Shown here: positions 8,207 through 19,200 of the stretch, in pieces | Numbering within the stretch: the stretch's first letter is position 1 | Layout of the letters: every line of letters starts with the position of its first letter | Origin: a virus | Length of the DNA stretch: 64,000 bases | IMG/VR virus record: IMGVR_UViG_3300010352_001565 | Coordinates: 51,055 to 115,054 of that record | Strand: one strand, 5' to 3' | The notes under the pieces: model-generated | Databases searched by the model: none | The model's input: the letters and a program-made list of their open reading frames with translations, nothing else | Told to the model about the DNA's origin: nothing | Made by a program: the position numbers and the translations under genes

Positions 8207-10003
8207 CTACGCGCCAGCGTAAGGTTCAGCGGCCTTGAAAGTTTCGGCGGCCTGGGCAGACTCTGGCTCGGTGCACGGATACTTGAACTCGTAAGCCCTG
8301 AACTTCTCAAGACCTTTGATAACATCCATAGATCCGCGGTAGTAGGTTGGGTGCTGGCGTTCCACAAACATTGTGATGCGACCGACGTTCTCGCCGGTAT
8401 ACTTCTTGCGAATCATGCGACCGATCATCTGATTTAGCAGCTCAAACGAGGCCACATAGTCAGCGATCACGCCTGCTCGTATCTCATTAACAGACACGCC
8501 TTCTTTGACCACACTCGAGATCAGGATGCAGCCTGGTGTGGCTCTCAGCCAGTCGAACGTCTCGTCGCGCTGCTTGGTGCTGTGCTCAGAAAATAGTATC
8601 CTCACCTTATCGGCGCCGACCAGCTTGGAGATCATCGCCTGGAGAATGTAGACGTGGAGCGTTCTTGTGGCAACCACAAGAGTCTGTAGACCCTGGTCCG
8701 CGTAGAACTTAGCCCACCTGGCAATGAGCTGGTTGCGCTCCTTAAACGATATGATGCTCTTGTCATACATGCGCTCAAGCAGGCACCACTTTGACTCAAC
8801 CTCAAACTCTCCCATCTTTCCATTCGGAGCTGGAAGTGAGAGGCGGTGGCAGTTTGGCACCTTGACCAGCTCGCCGTCTTTGTCACGAAGCAGCCCATCC
8901 TCGTATTTCTGATCTGGATCAGTTTCGTAGACTGGACCAAGATATGTCCCTCTCTGCCAGACCCCTTTGATCAACGCCCAGGCGTCAGTCTCCTCGGTCG
9001 GAAGCTGGCTGACTCCCTTGAACTTGTTTTTCCACGCGCGGATGTCGACCACATGCACGATGGGCTTCGCGATGCGTCCGACGTGAATGAGCGGCGCCGC
9101 CTCGATCTTCTCAAGGATGGGACCGACCAAACCGTGCATGTCGCTGCACCGCGTCTTATCTTCGGAAAGCGTGGTGTCTGAGGCACCAAGACGATAGAAG
9201 GCAGGGATGGCCATTATAGCCTTGGACCAGGAGTCACTCGGAGCGTGGTGACACTCATCGACGAGGATTCCCGCGAAAGTGTTGAACCAGCCGTCGCGTT
9301 TCAGCTTGATGAAGTGGCGAGAAAGCATTGAGCCAGTCACGACAACCATATCGCGACCTTTGGACAAGGTCCAAACCTCGTTTCCACTCGAGTCTTTCTT
9401 CATCAGTTCATTCTTGCCACCACCAAATTGGGCGATGTCCCACGACGGAAGGAACTTCCTGGCTTCTTTGATAACCTGGTTGGCCAGACGCTCAGACGCC
9501 GTGAAATAAATGAACCGAGCGTCAGGCATCTCTTTCTTGATCATCGCCGCGGCGGCGCAGAAAGTGACAGTCTTACCACCTGATACAGTGACCTGGCACA
9601 TCCCGATCGCTTCAGAGAGCCACGCGCAGATGCATCTACGTTGACCCTCGTCTAATTGGAACTCAGAGGCCACTATGTCGTCAGGGACATCATCTGGAAC
9701 CATTCCCTTGAATGACCTTGGAAGAAGCTTTGAGGTGTTAAGATCAAACCGGTGTATGCGGCAGAGATCGAGGACGTCCCTTAGCCATCCGCGTCGAGCC
9801 TCGGCGCTTGTCGGGCTGGTTTTCTCGACCGGGTAGAGGTATCCACTCCAGCCTCGCTTGCCCTCCGTGAGCTTATACATCTGGTAGGAGTCGGCCCTCC
9901 AATAGTTCTCAGGACGGAACTTAAAATGATCCGTAATCGTGTTGATCTCTTCGTTCGAGCCGAAGATCCTTATCCGCGATGCAGTTTCTGTTAACGTGAC
10001 CAC
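8207..10003 (-). CDS. superfamily-2 DEAH-box DNA/RNA helicase
   Basis: Walker A (VSGGKTVT), motif II (ILVDECHH), motif VI (QMIGRMIRK). GTG start. Confidence 0.85.
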   Translation of the reverse strand: MVTLTETASRIRIFGSNEEINTITDHFKFRPENYWRADSYQMYKLTEGKRGWSGYLYPVEKTSPTSAEARRGWLRDVLDLCRIHRFDLNTSKLLPRSFKGMVPDDVPDDIVASEFQLDEGQRRCICAWLSEAIGMCQVTVSGGKTVTFCAAAAMIKKEMPDARFIYFTASERLANQVIKEARKFLPSWDIAQFGGGKNELMKKDSSGNEVWTLSKGRDMVVVTGSMLSRHFIKLKRDGWFNTFAGILVDECHHAPSDSWSKAIMAIPAFYRLGASDTTLSEDKTRCSDMHGLVGPILEKIEAAPLIHVGRIAKPIVHVVDIRAWKNKFKGVSQLPTEETDAWALIKGVWQRGTYLGPVYETDPDQKYEDGLLRDKDGELVKVPNCHRLSLPAPNGKMGEFEVESKWCLLERMYDKSIISFKERNQLIARWAKFYADQGLQTLVVATRTLHVYILQAMISKLVGADKVRILFSEHSTKQRDETFDWLRATPGCILISSVVKEGVSVNEIRAGVIADYVASFELLNQMIGRMIRKKYTGENVGRITMFVERQHPTYYRGSMDVIKGLEKFRAYEFKYPCTEPESAQAAETFKAAEPYAGA

Positions 10004-10520
10004 GCTTATGAGAACCTAAGAGTTTTGAGGCTGGCTTAAAAAGTCCAGTTCTTTAAACAACTGTTGTTGTTCGCAGTGCGAAGTGACAAGTCAGCGGCCA
10101 TAGAGCCCAAAGGTCCACATACTTCGTGAGTCGATTCAACACCCGTGGATGGTCGGCATATTATGGAGCAATGAGTGACTAGAGGACATTCCCAGTCCAG
10201 TCCAAGAGACTCCCAGGCCCACATGACCACCACGGTTTTTTAATTCCCGTTCGAGATGTCCTTTGGCAAGACTTTAAACATATGCCTGGCGCTCTGTCGC
10301 GTTGTTGTTAACGCAACCATGTCGATAACACCTGAGTTGTCTCTATCTCTCAGACGCCAAATCGCCGCTCGTGAGTTGGCTAATCCAACACGACCGGTTG
10401 ACCGGGGGCTGACCACCCCCACGCGTTCAGGCACCCCCACGCCCGCTCCCCGCGCTCCTGAAATAGGGGTCGCCAGACCCATTGGTCAACACACCGTGAT
10501 CTTTTTTCTCTTGATCACTA
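10004..10520. promoter_or_regulatory. divergent intergenic control region with direct repeats and palindromes
   Basis: 517 nt between the divergent minus helicase operon and the + block. Contains CACCCCCACGC x2 (10414-10424 and 10432-10442), GACCGG x2, and the palindrome TTCGCAGTGCGAA (~10067). The only long ORF here is low-complexity. Confidence 0.4.
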
Positions 10521-11876
10521 TTGCCCAAGGCATACCGAGTGCTTGTGGCTCATCCGTTAGACATTTCATCCTTTGCATCTCACTTGGCTCATTTCTTGGG
10601 CCGTAACGGGGCTAGTTATGGCGTGGACAAATCTCAACTCAAAGACCTTGTTACGAGTCAATCCTTAGTGCGCGACACGAAGCACAATCGCACGGTAGTC
10701 TTCGTGGGCTATGCTGACGGGTCAGACGTGAACGTCTTCTCTGGCGAGCCTGTCGGGGGTGGTCTAAAGGTGCTAGTGCGCTGGCAGAGACGGCGATACT
10801 GGCTGGATGCTGCTGACTGCGAGGCTACCGAGACTCCTAAGGCATCTAAGGTACGCGGCAAGGTCCTTATCGGGGTAGTTCATCAGGGAGAGGTGCGCGC
10901 TGCTAGCGTCACAGGTGACAGAGAGGACAACCACACTAAGCACTTTGGGAAGTACAACCCTGCTGAGCGCTGGCGTTACGACGGCAAGGGAGTGGTAGTC
11001 TGGTGGGATTATCCTAAGGACGATGACAAGTTTGCGGTGGAGGACTATCTGGCTAGGTCAGGAGGTCAGAGCTTCAGGCACACGATCGTGACCAACCAGA
11101 ACTTTTACGCGACCCATCCGAAGATTAAGCAGTCAGAGTCCATAGTTATTGGCATGACGAACGAGAAGATTGCACAGAGCGTGGTTGAGTCTCTGCTTGG
11201 CGAGGACGAATATTACGAGCCCAAGCCGAAGCCCGCTCCTTCCAGAGACGAGGTTGACGACGCCATTAACGCTCTCCTGAAGCCATGGGTAGACGAGCAC
11301 ATCGGCGATTCGGTCACTGCTTGGTCTCACCTCGGGGGCGAAGAGATCGGGATGCGCTACCGGGAATACAAACACCAATGCGATAAGAGCGAATGGGAAG
11401 ACGTGGCTCACGGGCTGACGAAGCACCTGGAAGAGCAGGGCTACACTGGGTACGAAGTCTACAGCCTGAGTACGCGGGGCTTCCTGCTGCGCAAGGCGTC
11501 TACCAGCGAAGCTCTGATTGCCGAATACGATCTCGCAGGTAGCGGAGGCTCATCAGAGCCCGAGTACCTTGAGGGCGTAGACATCGGTGACATCGTGGAG
11601 GTGGACGGCGAGCAATTCGTGGCCATTGACGGCATTACCAGAGGCGGCGCTACTATGTGGTTTGTCTCGCTTGCTAAAGGTGGCCTGTACTACGCCGGTG
11701 AGGATCCCTCTGAACCTTCTGACGGCATGTCAGTCGATGACCCTTACGCTTCAGCCGAGCTGCTCAGCGGGGAATTTAAGGTGGTGGGCAAGGCTGACGA
11801 GCATACTATGAACCGCATCGATAACTCTTTCCCAGGTGTCACCTGGAGCGACACAGACGGGGATGGAGACGAATAG
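10521..11876 (+). CDS. hypothetical protein
   Basis: 451-aa ORF with a non-ATG (TTG/GTG) start, so the start is uncertain. Acidic C-terminus SDTDGDGDE. Confidence 0.5.
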   Translation: MPKAYRVLVAHPLDISSFASHLAHFLGRNGASYGVDKSQLKDLVTSQSLVRDTKHNRTVVFVGYADGSDVNVFSGEPVGGGLKVLVRWQRRRYWLDAADCEATETPKASKVRGKVLIGVVHQGEVRAASVTGDREDNHTKHFGKYNPAERWRYDGKGVVVWWDYPKDDDKFAVEDYLARSGGQSFRHTIVTNQNFYATHPKIKQSESIVIGMTNEKIAQSVVESLLGEDEYYEPKPKPAPSRDEVDDAINALLKPWVDEHIGDSVTAWSHLGGEEIGMRYREYKHQCDKSEWEDVAHGLTKHLEEQGYTGYEVYSLSTRGFLLRKASTSEALIAEYDLAGSGGSSEPEYLEGVDIGDIVEVDGEQFVAIDGITRGGATMWFVSLAKGGLYYAGEDPSEPSDGMSVDDPYASAELLSGEFKVVGKADEHTMNRIDNSFPGVTWSDTDGDGDE

Positions 11877-11883
11877 TTAGCCC

Positions 11884-12060
11884 ATGCGAGCAAGACAAAT
11901 TATCGAAGCCATGTGCAAAGGACCCGCCTGCAAAACCGGTAAAGGTTTCAAAGGCGCCGACAAAGAGATGAAGAAGGATCTCAAAAACAAGGACCGCGAA
12001 AACAAGTTTGCAGCAAGGTGGTCCAAGAAAACTGGCCGCACTCCTGGCAAGGAAAAATAA
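11884..12060 (+). CDS. small basic hypothetical protein, N-terminal paralog of the next gene
   Basis: ATG at 11884. MRARQIIEAM resembles MKARQLIEAA of the downstream gene. Below the ORF-track size cutoff. Confidence 0.3.
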   Translation: MRARQIIEAMCKGPACKTGKGFKGADKEMKKDLKNKDRENKFAARWSKKTGRTPGKEK

Positions 12061-12653
12061 TGAAGGCTCGCCAGCTCATTGAGGCCGCGGTACCGGGAGC
12101 ATCCGTGTTCCCGCCAGTGCCATTGAAGGATGTCACCTACGAGGTGGCAGTCTACCTCAATGACCTGCTTGGCAAGCACACCTTAAAGTGGTCCGGAGGG
12201 GCCCCAGGGCCTGGTCCTCTTGCCGGCTATGGTGCAAGGCAGTATCGTGACTACGACCTGCCAGAGGTCAAATACCTAATCGGAATTGACCCCGTAGAGG
12301 GCAAGTGCATCCAATTCGACGCCACCGCATACTTCGGCGAGAATCCTCCACGAGTTACCGGCCACCCGAAGCCATCACAGGAATACGTCGACTTTGTCCG
12401 CCAGTATGGCACCTCCCATTGGGACCCAAGCTTCAAGTTCCTGGCGCATTGCGCCAATCAGTGGCTTGCGGCCTCCAAGATTCAGATGCCAGGATACATC
12501 TTCCAAGATGACGAGTTCGAGATGCCTGAACCATTCAAGTCTCAGCTGATACAGCCTAGCGGAGACTGGTGGAGAGCTGACTCAGGACGGCTGTACAAGG
12601 GAAACCGGGCATCAGGCAAGATACCGCTGACTTTTTACATTTACAAGCAATGA
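12060..12653 (+). CDS. hypothetical protein
   Basis: ATG at 12060 preceded by AAGGA at -7..-11. Shares an LIEAAVPGA motif with gene 14839..15552. Confidence 0.55.
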   Translation: MKARQLIEAAVPGASVFPPVPLKDVTYEVAVYLNDLLGKHTLKWSGGAPGPGPLAGYGARQYRDYDLPEVKYLIGIDPVEGKCIQFDATAYFGENPPRVTGHPKPSQEYVDFVRQYGTSHWDPSFKFLAHCANQWLAASKIQMPGYIFQDDEFEMPEPFKSQLIQPSGDWWRADSGRLYKGNRASGKIPLTFYIYKQ

Positions 12654-13102
12654 ACGACAACTGGATTCCAAAGCGCGAGGACGGCAACGTCTACATCCCC
12701 ACCAAAGGCCACGAGGCCACGTTTGACGACCTCGCGCAGCTGTTTTGTTTAGATGCTGACGAGCACGCCGCTGAAAATGCGGACCACTGCGATCTCCGTC
12801 TGCTGCAAAATGGCAAGCCAGTTCGCCATGACCCAGAGGAGTACGACTTCAGCTTCGATCCAGGCTTGGAATACGTCCTTTATGACGGCCAGCATGACAA
12901 CGAAGCCAACATGGTCAAAGTCATCTTCGACTCAAGCGGCAAGGTGGCGAGAGGCGAGATCATCTGGTGGAACGGCGACGACAACGCCATGGCTGGAATG
13001 CTCATGGCGCTGCAAGATTGGAACTGCGACACTCCTCCGACTCCTGCCAAGCAAACTTCGGAGTCAAAAGCAGACGAGCTCGTAAGGCGACTGATCGACT
13101 GA
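12650..13102 (+). CDS. hypothetical protein
   Basis: ATGA start/stop overlap with the upstream gene. Confidence 0.5.
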   Translation: MNDNWIPKREDGNVYIPTKGHEATFDDLAQLFCLDADEHAAENADHCDLRLLQNGKPVRHDPEEYDFSFDPGLEYVLYDGQHDNEANMVKVIFDSSGKVARGEIIWWNGDDNAMAGMLMALQDWNCDTPPTPAKQTSESKADELVRRLID

Positions 13103-13115
13103 CCGTAGTTAGAGC

Positions 13116-13415
13116 ATGCCCGCGCGCTTGCTCATCCGCTTTGATTTTGTAGCCGCGATTGACGGCACACCGTTCAGGTTCATGGTGCATCGCAACCCAA
13201 AGCCAGGCGAGGCACCATACCGAGTCACCCGCGTAAGCGACGACGGACTGGAGGTCATTTCTCACATCGACATCTCAGCTGAAGACGCACTAGCTGTTGT
13301 CACCCAGGGTCCATCCCTTCATCTCCTGAACCGCAAAGGAGTATCAGTACAGGCCCCTCTCGCAAAGTACCGCTACGCGTCAATCCTGTCACAGAGCGAG
13401 CCTCGTTTCAAATAA
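13116..13415 (+). CDS. hypothetical protein
   Basis: 99-aa ORF. Confidence 0.45.
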   Translation: MPARLLIRFDFVAAIDGTPFRFMVHRNPKPGEAPYRVTRVSDDGLEVISHIDISAEDALAVVTQGPSLHLLNRKGVSVQAPLAKYRYASILSQSEPRFK

Positions 13416-13450
13416 GAAATGTTTACATTTTGGCGGTCTTGGGGTATCAT
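13411..13450 (+). promoter_or_regulatory. variant copy of the repeated promoter (TTTACA-N17-TATCAT)
   Basis: CAAATAAGAAATGTTTACA then 17 nt then TATCAT. ATG of 13460 lies 9 nt downstream. Confidence 0.45.
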
Positions 13451-13459
13451 AAGTAGTGT

Positions 13460-13660
13460 ATGCGAAATGAATCCAAGGCTGACCAGCTGGTAAGAGCCCT
13501 TCTCGAGGAAGATGGTGGCAAGATTGAAAATGGATCCCTTTACTATTGCGGCCACTGCGACGACGTAGTGCTTGCTGCGTTTAACAGCAAGACCTGCCCA
13601 AGATGCGAGCGCGAACTTGATCCAGCCAGCAAGCGCGAAAGAAAGCCAAAAGCAAAGTAA
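13460..13660 (+). CDS. small zinc-ribbon protein (ESKA-motif family)
   Basis: CGHC...CPRC. N-terminal MRNESKADQLVRALLEEDGG is paralogous to the N-terminus of 14478..14837. Confidence 0.5.
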   Translation: MRNESKADQLVRALLEEDGGKIENGSLYYCGHCDDVVLAAFNSKTCPRCERELDPASKRERKPKAK

Positions 13661-13664
13661 TCCC

Positions 13665-14468
13665 ATGAATGAGAAACAAAAACAAGCGACTGCTAAGAAA
13701 GTGGTCGAGCACCTTTTGGACGAGTACGCACTAAACCCGAATCCTGGCGCACCTCCAGCGGACGACCAGTGGCGTAAATCAAACGAGCTTGACGGAGCGC
13801 AGTCAGGGAAGTTTAAATTCAAAATACTCCGACCGATCGAGGCGTTTCACTGCGACCAAGACCCTGAGAACAGCCGAGACATCGGACGCGTCAGAAAGCT
13901 GAATCCTGGGACTTACCAGAAAGGATCAGCCTACATCTCTCCGGCGTACGGCGAAGAAAGAGGCGGTCCAGGCGAGCTTGATTCAGTGTACTTCCACGCT
14001 ACCCAGGAATACAGCCAAAATTGGCGTCACGTCGTCGATCCGGCAGCTAAGGAGTGGCTCAAGCAGAGCACCGAGCTTTACCCATGCATCCCAGAAGGCG
14101 AAGACACTTCTACCACCAACATCTACTGGGTGCGAATGAACGACATTGTGGCAAACGGAAAGATTCTGACCCCGCTCAAAGGATTTGCAGACGCGGAGGA
14201 CGAAGTTGTTGGCGACGTTAAGGGACAAGTTGACGAGCTTAGAAGGCTCCTTATGGCCGATCTCGTCACGCATGCCGTCAACGTCAAGGACCCTGAAGAT
14301 GTTTGGAAGGCTTTCGATCGCTTCGAGAAGATTGTCATTGAGAGGTTTGAAAACATCTACGACTCTGGAAAGCGAACTGACGAGCTCATGGATTTCCTTG
14401 AGCAAGAGGTGTTCAACTACGTGCTCAAAAACGAGTTCGGCGCAACCGACGAGGATCTCGAGGTGTAG
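13665..14468 (+). CDS. hypothetical protein
   Basis: ATG at 13665 inside ORF 13572..14468, directly after the stop of the upstream gene. Confidence 0.55.
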   Translation: MNEKQKQATAKKVVEHLLDEYALNPNPGAPPADDQWRKSNELDGAQSGKFKFKILRPIEAFHCDQDPENSRDIGRVRKLNPGTYQKGSAYISPAYGEERGGPGELDSVYFHATQEYSQNWRHVVDPAAKEWLKQSTELYPCIPEGEDTSTTNIYWVRMNDIVANGKILTPLKGFADAEDEVVGDVKGQVDELRRLLMADLVTHAVNVKDPEDVWKAFDRFEKIVIERFENIYDSGKRTDELMDFLEQEVFNYVLKNEFGATDEDLEV

Positions 14469-14477
14469 TTAACCAGC

Positions 14478-14837
14478 ATGAAAATAAACGAGTCAAAAGC
14501 GGCACGCGTGGTGGCCGCCCTTCTTGAGGACGGAACACCTGATTTCAGGGATGATCCACAACACCAGCAAAAGGATCCTCAAGAGCTCGCCGATGGCACG
14601 CGGGTGCGGTTTAACCTGAGAGATATTAGCCCGAGGGAATTTGGCGACCTTTCCGACATCGGAGGAGAAGGAAGCATCGAAGAATTTGAGGGCGCGACTG
14701 GCACTATCGAGAGCCTGGATGTCTGCTCAGGTAACGAAGAGCCTAACAAGGACTTCGAGTATTACACTGTCAAGTTTGACAATGGCACCACGCTGCACGC
14801 TGTCTCTGGCTACCATTTTACCCCCATTCAGCAATAA
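14478..14837 (+). CDS. hypothetical protein (ESKA-motif family)
   Basis: N-terminus MKINESKAARVVAALLEDG. Confidence 0.5.
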   Translation: MKINESKAARVVAALLEDGTPDFRDDPQHQQKDPQELADGTRVRFNLRDISPREFGDLSDIGGEGSIEEFEGATGTIESLDVCSGNEEPNKDFEYYTVKFDNGTTLHAVSGYHFTPIQQ

Positions 14838-14838
14838 C

Positions 14839-15552
14839 ATGAAACCCAAGAAAGCGCCTGTGGCTGTATGGCCTCCTCAACCTGCAGCTCCTCCCAAAAA
14901 GAGCACAGCAGATAGGATTGTTGACCGAGTTGAACAGTTTCTCGGCGATGTAATCGACGCCGATATGAGCCCAGAAGACCAGAGTGAGGAATGCTGGTCG
15001 CTGTGCATCGACGCCGCTAGAGATATGGGTCTCGAAGACGAAGCTGCTCAGAGCGCGGCTAAAGAGGCTTGCAGGATTCTGGGGTATGAGCGCGGCGTGA
15101 ACGAGTCGCTAAGCGTTGGCCAGAAAGTTGTAACAAGGACAGGACTTGTTGGCGTGGTGCGCAAAATCAAGGGAGAAAATGCTACTGTGGCAATCCACAA
15201 CCGCTTGTGCACGTACCGCGTTGGAACTCTAAAGCCGAAGGGAAAAGCGGAAGTTGAAGAGTCCGTCTCTCGTAAGCTCATTGAGGCCGCTGTTCCAGGT
15301 GCTGAACAGGTCAAGCTGACGCGCCCGTTCATCGGCATTCCAGCTGGAACAACCGGTCAGGTCGTGAAGCGCCACGAAACCCAAGGAAAGGTTCTGGTCA
15401 AATTCACCGTAAAAGAGAGCCCGTCGTGGGTCCCTCTGTCGGCGCTGACGCGCGCCGGAGATTCAGACGCGTCTGAGGACCAGGAACGCAACGACCTTGA
15501 GGCGCGCCGAGATGGACCGCACGGCAGAGGCCGCAACGCTTCTTGCGAATAA
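14839..15552 (+). CDS. hypothetical protein
   Basis: ATG at 14839 (MKPKKAPV). Contains SRKLIEAAVPGAEQV. Confidence 0.5.
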   Translation: MKPKKAPVAVWPPQPAAPPKKSTADRIVDRVEQFLGDVIDADMSPEDQSEECWSLCIDAARDMGLEDEAAQSAAKEACRILGYERGVNESLSVGQKVVTRTGLVGVVRKIKGENATVAIHNRLCTYRVGTLKPKGKAEVEESVSRKLIEAAVPGAEQVKLTRPFIGIPAGTTGQVVKRHETQGKVLVKFTVKESPSWVPLSALTRAGDSDASEDQERNDLEARRDGPHGRGRNASCE

Positions 15553-15553
15553 T

Positions 15554-16234
15554 ATGACTGACTCCCAATATCTCCAATCGATCGTCTCTGCGGTGGATTC
15601 AACAGGACAGGACATCAAAACGACTTCAACGTGGTCCTACGTCGGCATCACCACCAGAGGAAGCAAGGACTATCTCACGTGGGCGTCGGAGATTGGCGAG
15701 TTTCAAGTTAATGTAGTCCCGAGTGGAATCATCTACTCCTTCAGGCCGAAGAAGAAAAAGCTTGGAAACCACGGATCGGGCGGCCTTGGGCCGATCAGGT
15801 ACTCTGGGAACAGGGACGAAGACCTTGGAAATTTGTATGAGATCATCCACGGTGTGGTCGAGTACATCGAAGGTCAGTGGTTCGGAAACGAGCACGGAAG
15901 CCCTGAGCCTGAAGCGGCGCCAGAACCTGAGCGCCAGGAGAAAGCTCAGACATGGCGGGATGCCAAGACTGAGAATGAAATCATCAGGCTGTTTCCATTC
16001 CGCCCAAAAAGCGACGACATCATAGATTTGGTCCAGAAGGCCAGGGAGATGAAAAGCAATAAGTTGATCAACCTGGCAAAAGAACGTTCATCTAGGGTTG
16101 AAAGCCTAACACCAGAGAAGCAAGCGGAAGCGCTGGTGAACCAGCTTCTTGACTCTGACGGCCCTCCCAAGCCGACGAAGTTTGGCTTCAAAGTCAAGGA
16201 CGGCCTTATCAGCTTCAAGCGCAAGAAGAAATAG
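15554..16234 (+). CDS. hypothetical protein
   Basis: ATG at 15554, 2 nt after the upstream stop. Confidence 0.5.
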   Translation: MTDSQYLQSIVSAVDSTGQDIKTTSTWSYVGITTRGSKDYLTWASEIGEFQVNVVPSGIIYSFRPKKKKLGNHGSGGLGPIRYSGNRDEDLGNLYEIIHGVVEYIEGQWFGNEHGSPEPEAAPEPERQEKAQTWRDAKTENEIIRLFPFRPKSDDIIDLVQKAREMKSNKLINLAKERSSRVESLTPEKQAEALVNQLLDSDGPPKPTKFGFKVKDGLISFKRKKK

Positions 16235-16266
16235 CTCGGAAGGGCTAACCGACCTGTAGATATGGC

Positions 16267-19200
16267 ATGAGCTTGCAGCCACTGCCAGAAGATTTTCTTT
16301 TTAACAAGATCCCTGAGGGAGTTCAAAACCTCGATTCACGAGGAGTGCTTCAAGCGCTGTGCGGTGGTTACCAGGACCGCCTCGAAGATCTGCGCTCGTA
16401 CGTCAAGAAGTACGAACAGCTGCTCGATCCAACTGCGCCATTTCCTGAGACTTCAGACAACGTCATCTTTGCCACTTACACCAGCTCTCAAGGACGAACT
16501 GTCATAAGGACCCTCACGGTGGACAGCTCGACTCCAAAGCTTCCTGAAGGCACCGTTCCTGGATCTGGACCGTGGAAGCTGTGGTACGGAAATGTCGCAG
16601 AGTGGGCCGCTGAGCGCATGGGAATGAGCTCAGACCTGCTGACAAGCGTCTCGCTTGGGACTGACTTCCTGCGCGCTGTCGACGCCGACATCATCCAGTA
16701 TCTGGCTTCGACTTTCGGCACCGTCCTTTATCAGACCAACAAGAGCAAGCTTCGTGCGTCTGAGCAGCGGCGCATCGTGGCAGGTTACTTCCCGCGGCTC
16801 AAGATCAAAGGAACATCGCAGAGCTTTGAAGTGCTCGGCAGGTTGATGAACTTTGGCGAAGTGAAACTGACTCCTCTATGGGGGCGACTCACGCCGCGCC
16901 TTCCAAACGACGTAGGCTCTCCTGCTAACGACAAGGACTTCAAATTCTCGCCTGACATCGAGCCCACGGTTGCTGTTAGTACGCCTGAAGACATTCAGCC
17001 GTACGATCCGTTTGACTATACTGATGGAGGAGAGCTCTTCGGGTGGCCTGCGGTTCAGAACGGAACAGACTGGACATTTGGAAGCTACGCCACCCTGAGT
17101 ACCAGCCGAAACACGCAGAGCTTTTACCCGACCGCGGTGAATGGCTACAACCCATTTGTAAAGATCTTTGTAAGCGAGACAGGAACAGTAAGCCACCCGA
17201 AAGCAGGAACCGCTTACGTCCTGTCAGGTGGAGCAAACCACAGGAAAGCGTCCGTGGAGCTGGTTCAAGGCCCAACTGAGATCAACACCGACGCTTTGCG
17301 CAGTCTTCCACTTTCAAGCGCGCTGCATGCTGTTGCTGGAAAGGGAGCAGTCATCTATGGAGGAGTCAACTACGCTCAAGACTCGATCTTCACCGGAGCA
17401 AGCGGAATTGAAGTCGGCACGGCATCCGGAAGTGTTGAAGTCTACGCCGTGACAGACTCAGGGAACGACACCTCAAAGAGTTACGTCGTGACAAACCAGT
17501 TCACGGGAGTGGTCGGAAAGACCTACGCAGTAATCACTGGCAATGTGATTGCAAGAGACTCGAGTGGAAACGTAGTTGCACACTCAGTGGTCTCAGACTC
17601 GCTTGGAAACGAGATTCCAACTATCCCGGTGCAAGTCGGAGAGACATACACCATTCAATCTGGGTCTGGAAGCGCCAACGACTACGCGACGTACAACGGG
17701 GTGGACATCGGAGGTCGAAGCGGCTCCTCAGGCCCTCTGTATCTTGGGTTGAGGGTAGCGGGTATCAAACAAGGTTTCAAGTACGCGGTGGTAGGAACAG
17801 GAGTCGTTTTGTACAACGGCGTCTGTTATGCGGCCAGCAGCAGGTTTACCGGAAATGGAGGAATTTTTAGTCGCGTCTTCAACGTAGGAGGCGCAGACGC
17901 AGATTCATCTGACCTGTCAGTGACCAGCAACCCCGACGGCGCCAGGATGTGGGCAGAAGCAATTGCAGAAGGTCCAGGATTTAACGGAGTGACACTTACA
18001 ACTGGAGCGCTAGGACAACTAAGGATTGAGCCTTACTACCTGTCTGCGGTCAAATACCGAACAAGCTACTACAACCTGTCGCTTACTATCGACTTTGAAA
18101 AGTTCGTGAAAGCGTACGGAGCTTCAGCGGTTACCAAAAACAAGAATCTTGCCGAGAACCCGTCACTGTGCTCTGATGGAACAGCCCAAGCTCCATTTCG
18201 GCCGTGGACTGGAGTAAGACCGCGCGTCCAAGCGTCACCAGCAAATAAGGACGTGCAGATCGACATGGCAAAGCTCAGCGAGATCGGGCTTCAGTCTACT
18301 CAGCACTTTGAGGAGGTCCGCGCTGCAACTCGTGCCCCTCGTCGATTATCGTTTGGATTCTCGCTTGCGGACAACGTGATCTACGCTCCATTTCCGAATA
18401 AAACAACCTTGGCAACCTACGCCGAAGGCGACGAGATGACGGGAAACGGAGATGCTCTGGCCATAAGTCCAAATCCTCCTGAACCGCCTTACAGCGCTTC
18501 ACTCGTGCTTCTTTGCGCAGACGGCGAAACGCAAGTTGCAGCCACAGGTGAAACTGACCCGAACGACCAGCACACTATCAACTACACGGCTACCGTTATT
18601 GACAAACTAGGCGTGACTCGCGGGTTCACAGCCACATTCCGCTTTCCAAGCGGAGACTCTGGCGCAGATAGCGTGACAACTCCGATTCCGATCAACACGT
18701 TCAAGTATAGCTGGTCTGGAGATGTCGCAGTTGGACAGCAGATCATCGCAAAGTGGATTCCTGAAACTCCAGACAAGTTGCGTCCTGAGCCGACAAACGC
18801 TCTCAAGGAACAAGACTTGGTGGGATACCAGGGGAGACCTGAAGATGAGCAAGATCCGACTGAAGGACAGTATGCTCAGAATGAGGACGGCTCTGTGCTT
18901 AGCAGCCTGTGCGCTGGCGGGGACATGGTCGACCTTGACACTTATCTTCCTGACAAACCTGACGCGTCATTGAGAGCTGAGACCTCAAAGCTGACAGTGC
19001 TAGATCAAAGCGGAGTTGAGTTTGACGTGATCGGTCATGACATCATGTCTCAAACTCAATCGCGCCCAATCCGCATCTCGCTTGCTCCTCGAGTTCCGAA
19101 TGGTAGCGGAGAATACATCCAGGGACGCACGGCAGTCGGTGTGATGGGGGACAAGCTTTACCACATTGGATCTGTCAACGGGGTACTTGTCGGGGATCCC

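Noticed and set aside
10256-10606. 116-aa + ORF in the divergent intergenic region
   Set aside because: Pro/Arg/Thr-rich and overlaps repeat motifs. Likely noncoding.
13373-13822. 149-aa minus-strand ORF
   Set aside because: Overlaps the promoter variant and two + genes. Hydrophobic junk.
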